A stretch of DNA of 46,880 nt, taken from positions 1 to 46,880 of the forward strand of contig JAYWEU010000297.1 in NCBI GenBank assembly GCA_043779385.1, read 5' to 3'. Below the pieces are notes generated by a model. It was not told where the DNA came from and ran no database searches. It was given only the letters and a program-made list of their open reading frames with translations. This document shows, one piece after another, positions 41,053 to 46,880 of the stretch. How positions within the stretch are numbered: position 1 is the first letter of the stretch; each line of letters starts with the position of its first letter. The DNA is from Pseudobdellovibrionaceae bacterium. GTDB lineage: Bacteria; Bdellovibrionota; Bdellovibrionia; Bdellovibrionales; Bdellovibrionaceae. Made by a program: the position numbers and the translations under genes.

Positions 41053-41445
41053 TTAATTTCTTGGGCTGTCCTTGGCGTCTGTTTCTTCGCTGATTTCCAC
41101 GGTCAATATATTATCTTGATCATCCAGGGTCACAGAAACTTTAGAGCCCTCGGCTTCCGAACTTTTAACAAGCCGGTTTCTAAGCTTGGTATAGTTCTTA
41201 ACTGTCGAAGAAAGAACGTAGGGGCCGCTTTTTTTAAGGCCCTCAAAATAGACTAAGGTGTCTTCTCGGGATGTTTTTGTCGTTTTGACTTTCGCAGACA
41301 AGCCGCCCGCATTTTCTTTTTCATAGATATTAGCGTTGTAATTTTTTTTCACCGGTGTCGTTGGGGTTGGTGCAGACACCTCTTCAGCCCAAGCGATCCC
41401 CGTATTGATCGATAAGACCCAAATAATTGTTAAAAGTGTTTTCAT
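41053..41445 (-). CDS. secreted protein, unknown function (first gene of the two-component operon)
   Basis: 130-aa ORF with signal peptide LSINTGIAWA|EE. It ends 24 nt upstream of the regulator gene. Confidence 0.55.
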   Translation of the reverse strand: MKTLLTIIWVLSINTGIAWAEEVSAPTPTTPVKKNYNANIYEKENAGGLSAKVKTTKTSREDTLVYFEGLKKSGPYVLSSTVKNYTKLRNRLVKSSEAEGSKVSVTLDDQDNILTVEISEETDAKDSPRN

Positions 41446-41537
41446 TTCGACCTCGTGCTTTGATTCTGCCCAAGGCTCCTTCCTGAATCAAGCGGGAAGG
41501 ATTGAGCCTGAGATTAGTCTGTGATATAGCTCAGTGC

Positions 41538-42587
41538 ATGACTGAATCTATCAAATTGACCCAGACAGTGCAAAAGGGTGGCTGTGCCGCCAAACTTGCG
41601 GCCTCAGACCTACGAAGAATCCTTGGCCAAGTGCGATTTCCACCGCGCCCTGAAGCGCTTTTAGTGGATGGAGGGCTTTTTGATGATGCCGCCATTTATA
41701 AAATTTCAGACCAGATCGCCCTGGTTCAAACTTTGGATTTTTTTACTCCGATTGTCGACACCGCTAAAATTTTTGGAGCGATCGCTGCGGCCAATGCCCT
41801 GAGTGATGTCTATGCCATGGGTGGGAGACCCGAAACATGCTTAGCGATTTTGGCCTTTCCTTCGCAAACTTTGCCCGAGCAAATTGCCATCGATGTTTTG
41901 CAGGGCGCTTGTGATGTCATCGCTGAAGCCAAAGCGGTCTTAGCGGGGGGACATTCGATTGATGATGACACTTTGAAGTTTGGACTGTCTGTCACAGGTC
42001 GGGTGCATCCCGATCGCATTTGGGCCAATAACAAGGCTCGTCCCGGGGACGCGTTGATTTTAACGAAACCGCTTGGCACGGGGGCCCTAACGGCCGCTTT
42101 GAAAAGGCAACAAGCCACTGAATCCGATATTGAAGCGGCGTTGTACAGCATGACTCGACTCAATAATGTGATTGATATTTTATCCGAGGCGTCGGCTTTG
42201 GCTGTGCATGCTGCAACGGATATTACTGGCTTTGGTTTTTCAGGTCATAGTTTGCAATTGGCTCAAGCCAGTCGCGTTCAACTTGAAATCGACTGGCCCT
42301 CTTTACCGCAGTTTTCACAGACCATGCACTATTTGGAAAAAGGTTTTTTAACCAAAGCGCATCGTGCAAATGCCCAGTACACCCAAGAGAAAATTGAAGT
42401 TTCAGCCTTGTCTGAATTGCAACGGCTTTTACTGCATGATCCGCAGACCAGCGGTGGACTTCTTTTGTCAGTCGATGAGAAACATCTGACAACAATCTTA
42501 AGCGAAATCACGGAGCACTTTCCTTTTGCGCGGCAGATTGGTTCGGTGAAAGAAGCGCAAGGGTCGATGTTTTGCGTGTATCGATGA
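41538..42587 (+). CDS. selD: selenide, water dikinase (selenophosphate synthetase), Cys-type
   Basis: The N-terminal motif GGCAAKL has Cys, not Sec, plus Lys. AIR-synthase-like blocks are present (DDAAIY, TLDFFTPIVD, DVYAMGG). ATG 41538 is preferred over the track start 41502. Confidence 0.9.
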   Translation: MTESIKLTQTVQKGGCAAKLAASDLRRILGQVRFPPRPEALLVDGGLFDDAAIYKISDQIALVQTLDFFTPIVDTAKIFGAIAAANALSDVYAMGGRPETCLAILAFPSQTLPEQIAIDVLQGACDVIAEAKAVLAGGHSIDDDTLKFGLSVTGRVHPDRIWANNKARPGDALILTKPLGTGALTAALKRQQATESDIEAALYSMTRLNNVIDILSEASALAVHAATDITGFGFSGHSLQLAQASRVQLEIDWPSLPQFSQTMHYLEKGFLTKAHRANAQYTQEKIEVSALSELQRLLLHDPQTSGGLLLSVDEKHLTTILSEITEHFPFARQIGSVKEAQGSMFCVYR

Positions 42588-43681
42588 CTTCAAAAACTTC
42601 GGACCTTCTGCCTTTTTTTAAAGAAAAAAGCCCTTTATTGGATGTCCGAGCTCCCGTGGAATTTTTAGCAGGCCATATTCCTGGCGCTGTAAATTTACCA
42701 ATCTTAAATGACGAAGAACGAGCCCAGGTGGGAACTCTTTATAAACAAAAAGGTCAAGAGGCCGCAATTCAGCTGGGGGAAAAGCTGGTCAGCGGCAGTG
42801 TAAAAGATCAAAGAGTCAGCGAGTGGAAGAACTTTTTTGCAAAAAATCCGAAGTCTTTGGTTTATTGTTTTCGAGGTGGGCTTCGCAGTCGCACCGCCCA
42901 GGCCTGGCTGGCGGAGAGCGGTGTCGAAGTCCCTCGTTTAGAAGGCGGTTACAAGGCTGCGCGACAAATGTTTTTGGCTACTTTTCAAAAAGCGGTCGAT
43001 GAGCGGCCTTTTCTTCTTATTTCAGGTCCTACGGGAGGAGGCAAATCGCATCTGTTAAGAGCCGCCCAGAACTTTATGTCGGCCATCGACCTTGAAAAGC
43101 GAGCTCAGCATCGAGGTTCGGCTTTTGGTTTTGAATCTGAACCACAACCTCAGCAGGCCCAATTTGAAAACTTGCTAGCTCAAGATTTATTGCGAATTTT
43201 TGAAACCGGCGCGGCTTCAAAAGAAACGCCGCTATTGTTTGAAGATGAAAGCCGTTTGATCGGACTAAACGTGATCCCTGAAAGTCTTTTTGTTAAAATG
43301 CGGGCGTCACCGATCGTTTGGGTGGATGAACCTTTAGACCAAAGAGTAGAAAATATTTTTGCTGATTATATTACAAATACCGCCATCGGGCAGGGTGATG
43401 AAAACCAGGGTTTAGCCTTGTTTCAGCGCTACGAAAAAAGCTTGTTGTCAATCCAGCGCCGGTTGGGGGGGCTTAAAACTCAAGAGCTCATGGCTGATTT
43501 GCAGTTTTCACGAACTGAGTACTTTGAGAAAAAGAATCTGGAATCCAATCGGATTTGGATCAAGAAATTATTAGTAGATTACTACGATCCCCTTTATTTA
43601 AACAGCCTAGAGAAAAGAAATCCGCAGATTTTATTCAAGGGAACCAGCAAAGAAATTCTTTTATTTTTTCAAACTCTTTGA
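42584..43681 (+). CDS. selU: tRNA 2-selenouridine synthase (rhodanese + P-loop)
   Basis: ATG 42584 overlaps the selD stop (ATGA). It has the rhodanese active-site loop CFRGGLRS and Walker A GPTGGGKS. Confidence 0.85.
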   Translation: MTSKTSDLLPFFKEKSPLLDVRAPVEFLAGHIPGAVNLPILNDEERAQVGTLYKQKGQEAAIQLGEKLVSGSVKDQRVSEWKNFFAKNPKSLVYCFRGGLRSRTAQAWLAESGVEVPRLEGGYKAARQMFLATFQKAVDERPFLLISGPTGGGKSHLLRAAQNFMSAIDLEKRAQHRGSAFGFESEPQPQQAQFENLLAQDLLRIFETGAASKETPLLFEDESRLIGLNVIPESLFVKMRASPIVWVDEPLDQRVENIFADYITNTAIGQGDENQGLALFQRYEKSLLSIQRRLGGLKTQELMADLQFSRTEYFEKKNLESNRIWIKKLLVDYYDPLYLNSLEKRNPQILFKGTSKEILLFFQTL

Positions 43682-44578
43682 TTTAAAAAATCCGAAGTTT
43701 CCCGTCGGTAAAAATAGAATTAAAACAGCAAGTGTCGTAAAAACAAAAGCCCCCAGGGCATCCCGAGTCAGTTGCTCTCCAAAAACAAAAAAAGCTAAAA
43801 TAGATGATAAGGCGGGTTCCAAAAGCTTTCCGCAACTCATAAAATTTAAATTCATTCGTTTCATCAGATAGGAAAACAAAACGTGGCCCAATAAGGTCGG
43901 GAATAAAATACTAAGGCCAATCGCCAACCAGGTGGTCGGGCCATAGCCCGTAAAACTTTTGCCACCGACCCAAGCATTCATGCCAAATAAAAATGCGGTC
44001 AAAGAGTAGGCGATCAAAGTGTATTCTGAGTTGGCCATGGTCAAACGCGCTTTTTTGCCCGTTACAAGGTAAACAGCAAATAACATGGCCGACAGTAAGG
44101 CTGAAAGATCCCCCATCAGAAAGCCATTTTCAAAAGAGACGCTGTGGCTGACTAAGCCATAAACGCCGATGGCGGCGCAAAGATAGGCTAAGCCAAGTCT
44201 AGCGGTCAGCTTTTCGCGAAACACAAAAAACGAAGCCAAAGAAACAAAAACGGGATTGGTGGCAAAAATGATCATGCAGTTGGCAATTCTGGTGTGCTGA
44301 GCTGAATAGAAATAAGTCCAAAGATGGGCAAAGAAAAAAAGACCTGACAGCAGAACAAGGCCTAATTCAGACTTTGTTTTTTGCCGGGATTCCGAATTGA
44401 TATAATTAAAATACCTTCGAAAATCGCCTGTTTTTAAAGCAAAGGGAAGGATCACTAAGGCTGAAGCCATTAATCGCCAAAACCCAATCACCTCGAGGGG
44501 TGCCCCTGCAATGCGTACTAAGGTGGCCGACGACGCCAAACTTGTGATGGCCAAAAGGTAAAAAAGCAAATGCAGCAT
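43661..44578 (-). CDS. EamA/DMT-superfamily transporter
   Basis: 305-aa ORF with about 10 TM segments in two repeated halves. Confidence 0.75.
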   Translation of the reverse strand: MLHLLFYLLAITSLASSATLVRIAGAPLEVIGFWRLMASALVILPFALKTGDFRRYFNYINSESRQKTKSELGLVLLSGLFFFAHLWTYFYSAQHTRIANCMIIFATNPVFVSLASFFVFREKLTARLGLAYLCAAIGVYGLVSHSVSFENGFLMGDLSALLSAMLFAVYLVTGKKARLTMANSEYTLIAYSLTAFLFGMNAWVGGKSFTGYGPTTWLAIGLSILFPTLLGHVLFSYLMKRMNLNFMSCGKLLEPALSSILAFFVFGEQLTRDALGAFVFTTLAVLILFLPTGNFGFFKSKSLKK

Positions 44579-44696
44579 TTCAAAAATCTAGCAGTTTTAT
44601 TTTTATACGTCATGTTAACTCTATTAAAACTCGGAATTTGCTTAGATGATGAGCCGTACGCAATTGGAAACAGTTTGTTAATTTCAAGGAGATGAA

Positions 44697-45425
44697 ATGA
44701 AAGCATTAAATATTGGGCTCGTGGTTTTGGTTTCTTTAGGCTTTGTCGCCTGTCAAAAAAAATTAGACACCGACCAAAAAAAGGTCAGCTATGCTATTGG
44801 TCGTCAAATTGGTCAGAACATTAAACAAGTTGGTTTAGAAGTTGATGCCGATGTGGTTGGCATGTCGATCGCCGATGTTCTAAAAGATAAAAATCAAATG
44901 ACAGAAGAAGATATCAAAGCGGCTCAGGCAAAGCTTCAAGAAATGATGATGAAAAAAAGCCAAGAAGCCAATGCTAAAAGCCAAGAACAAGCTGGAGAGA
45001 ATAAAAAGAAAGCCGATGAATTCTTAGCTAAAAACAAAACAGCTGAAGGTGTTAAAACAACAGCTTCTGGTCTTCAGTATATTGTTGATAAAGAAGGAAC
45101 AGGCGCTTCTCCAAAAGAAAGCGATATGGTTCGGGTTCATTACAAAGGAACTTTACTATCAGGCGAAGAGTTTGATTCTTCTTACGCGCGTAAAGAGCCA
45201 GCTGAATTTCCAGTCAGTGGAGTGATCAAAGGTTGGGGCGAAGCGCTTCAATTAATGAAAGTCGGCGGCAAATATAAACTGTTCGTTCCACCAGACCTAG
45301 CTTACGCTGATAAATCCGGTGGAAAAATTCCTCCCAATTCATTGTTGATCTTTGAAGTTGAATTATTGGATGTTGTGAAGCCACCAAAACCAGGTGCAGC
45401 GGCTCCAGCTCCTAAAAAGAAATAG
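44697..45425 (+). CDS. FKBP-type peptidyl-prolyl isomerase lipoprotein (Mip/FkpA-like)
   Basis: Lipobox LGFVAC. It has an N-terminal dimerisation-helix region and an FKBP core (VRVHYKGTLLSGEEFDSS, GVIKGWGEAL, IPPNSLLIFEVELL). Confidence 0.9.
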   Translation: MKALNIGLVVLVSLGFVACQKKLDTDQKKVSYAIGRQIGQNIKQVGLEVDADVVGMSIADVLKDKNQMTEEDIKAAQAKLQEMMMKKSQEANAKSQEQAGENKKKADEFLAKNKTAEGVKTTASGLQYIVDKEGTGASPKESDMVRVHYKGTLLSGEEFDSSYARKEPAEFPVSGVIKGWGEALQLMKVGGKYKLFVPPDLAYADKSGGKIPPNSLLIFEVELLDVVKPPKPGAAAPAPKKK

Positions 45426-45427
45426 TC

Positions 45428-46018
45428 ATGGAGTTTAATCCGGCCTTGGATCCCGTCTTCCATTTAGATCAATGGATCCAAGCCGCAAAAGATAAAGGAC
45501 TGACAGATCCAAACGCCATGACATTGGCGACGGTTGGTCCCACTCTTCAACCCTCAAGTCGAGTGGTTTTATATAAAGGCCTCATTCGCGGAGGCCTTTC
45601 TTTTTATACTAATTTTGGTGGTCAAAAAGCTCAGGAAATGGAATCCAATTCTAAAGTCGCTGCCAATTTTTTTTGGGCGTCCTTGGCTCGGCAAATTCGT
45701 GTTCAGGGTGAAGTTTCAAAATTAACTCGAGCGGAGTCCGAAACCTATTTTAAGACTCGTTCGCGCCTTAGTCAGCTTGGCGCCTGGGCCTCCCAGCAAA
45801 GTCAGGAAGTAGGTAGTCTGAAGGCTTTGGCTGATCGAATGAAAGAAATTGAAGAAAGCTTTAAAGGCCAGGATGTTCCCTGCCCCCCGCATTGGGGGGG
45901 ACTGCATTTAATTCCTAATTATTTCGAGTTTTGGATTGGCCGAGAGGGTCGTCTGCACGAAAGATACTGCTATGAAAAGCAAGATCGTGATTGGCGCCGT
46001 TTTATGAGGTTCCCGTGA
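45428..46018 (+). CDS. pdxH: pyridoxamine 5'-phosphate oxidase
   Basis: 196-aa ORF with RVVLYKG, the QIRVQG block, GAWASQQS and FEFWIGREGRLHER motifs. Confidence 0.9.
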   Translation: MEFNPALDPVFHLDQWIQAAKDKGLTDPNAMTLATVGPTLQPSSRVVLYKGLIRGGLSFYTNFGGQKAQEMESNSKVAANFFWASLARQIRVQGEVSKLTRAESETYFKTRSRLSQLGAWASQQSQEVGSLKALADRMKEIEESFKGQDVPCPPHWGGLHLIPNYFEFWIGREGRLHERYCYEKQDRDWRRFMRFP

Positions 46019-46623
46019 AGCGTATTCTCCTGACGGGCTTTGCCCCGTTCCTTGGAGAAATAATTAATCCCAGTGAAAAGTTAGTTCGCGCCATCGGTGA
46101 AAATTCAGACTATGCCTGGTTGGACACGTTAATTTTGCCTGTTTCTTTTAAAAAAGCTCCAGAAATTCTTTTCCAAAGTTTCAGCCAGCAAGACTACGAC
46201 AAAGTGATTATACTGGGGCAAGCCGGTGGGCGCCGAAAAATATCCTTAGAGCGTGTGGCTTTGAACTGGGTCGAAACTTATTCCCCCGATGAAAGCGGTT
46301 ATACGCCAAAGCCGGGAGTGATCGATTCTGCCGCCGAGAAAGCTTTTTTTTCTAATTGGCCCTTGCATGAAATTGAGAAAACCTTGGTCGATCAAAAAAT
46401 TCCTGCAGAAATTTCGTTCTCAGCCGGAAGTTATGTTTGCAACTATTTATATTTCAAAGTGACGGCCGAATTATCTTTGATGAATAAATCTTGTTTGTTT
46501 GTGCATCTGCCTTTTTTACCTGAGCAGATCGCTCATAAAAAAGACCAGCCAGCGATGGAGTTTTCTGTGATGCAAATAGGTGTCGAAGAAATTTTAAAAT
46601 TCTTAAAGAATAATTCCTTTTAA
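46015..46623 (+). CDS. pcp: pyroglutamyl-peptidase I (pyrrolidone-carboxylate peptidase)
   Basis: GTG 46015 overlaps the pdxH stop (GTGA). The product begins VKRILLTGFAPF. Triad contexts are GQAGGRRKISLERVALN (Glu), SAGSYVCNYLYF (Cys) and LFVHLPF (His). Confidence 0.85.
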   Translation: MKRILLTGFAPFLGEIINPSEKLVRAIGENSDYAWLDTLILPVSFKKAPEILFQSFSQQDYDKVIILGQAGGRRKISLERVALNWVETYSPDESGYTPKPGVIDSAAEKAFFSNWPLHEIEKTLVDQKIPAEISFSAGSYVCNYLYFKVTAELSLMNKSCLFVHLPFLPEQIAHKKDQPAMEFSVMQIGVEEILKFLKNNSF

Positions 46624-46880
46624 GAAAACACTGGCGATGGTGAAATAAATGATCAATCCCGTGACATCGACGATGGTCGCGACAAAAGGCGCCGAGGCTG
46701 AAGCCGGATCAAGACGACATTTCTTTAAAATAAAGGGCAGCATCGAACCGCTGATCGTTCCCCAAAGGACAACTCCCAGAACACTGGCTGCGACTGTGAC
46801 TGCAATCATTTTGTAGTGAGGGCCATAAACCTGCTCGGCCACAGGCCATAAACTAATTCTTAAAAGTCCAATCAAACCAA
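46603..46880 (-). CDS. mgtE: magnesium transporter MgtE, C-terminal part (gene continues beyond the window)
   Basis: The reverse frame is open to the window edge. DPASASAPFVATIVDVTGLIIYFTIASVFL is the MgtE TM5 signature. Confidence 0.8.
   Translation of the reverse strand, partial: GLIGLLRISLWPVAEQVYGPHYKMIAVTVAASVLGVVLWGTISGSMLPFILKKCRLDPASASAPFVATIVDVTGLIIYFTIASVFLKGIIL

Noticed and set aside
1-46880. Search for rRNA, tRNA, CRISPR arrays, IS elements/transposases, integrases or prophage blocks
   Set aside because: No cloverleaf-like or rRNA-like sequence was seen in the gaps over 100 nt. No regularly spaced direct repeats were seen. No transposase, integrase or phage structural motifs appear in any ORF. 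The only mobile-element-like trace is the broken HNH gene. This is a by-eye scan, so small RNAs could be missed.

Overview
46.9-kb densely coding chromosomal segment of a Gram-negative bacterium. Evidence for Gram-negative: beta-barrel OMPs, lipoproteins, RpoN-type and ECF-type promoters. GC is in the mid-40s % by eye. The gene repertoire is reminiscent of Bdellovibrio-like predators, but the taxon cannot be proven from the sequence. I support about 58 protein-coding genes, 1 frameshifted pseudogene, 1 coding tandem repeat, and a set of promoters and terminators. I recognised no rRNA, tRNA, CRISPR array or intact IS/transposase.

Housekeeping content: gcdH-like acyl-CoA dehydrogenase, aroA, aroC, S1-domain protein, DEAD-box helicase, selD-selU, FKBP PPIase, pdxH, pcp, and a partial mgtE.

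Accessory and regulatory content worth a second look:
1. A fused E1-alpha/beta TPP dehydrogenase is translationally coupled to a FabD-like acyltransferase. No E2 or E3 is present. MEDS and FAD-oxidoreductase genes follow.
2. An NtrC-type regulator plus a stand-alone Hpt is flanked by four GG-N10-GC (sigma-54) promoters. These drive DUF1328, hydrophilin-like, hemerythrin-like and OMP/DUF883/CsbD genes. A fifth such promoter sits upstream of a GlsB/YeaQ gene 19 kb away.
3. A periplasmic methionine-sulfoxide repair module (Trx-MsrB divergent from msrA, ECF sigma and NrsF-like anti-sigma) has two mirror-image GTAACC-N15/16-CGAA promoters built into a perfect 9-bp inverted repeat.
4. Partner-switching parts are dispersed with no cognate sigma: an RsbW-like ATPase, a STAS/zinc-ribbon fusion, a GAF pseudo-histidine kinase, a FIST + PP2C pair, and a MEDS protein.
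5. An HNH endonuclease is split by a frameshift, and its nuclease domain is invisible in the ORF track.

All functional calls come from motif recognition by eye. No searches were run.
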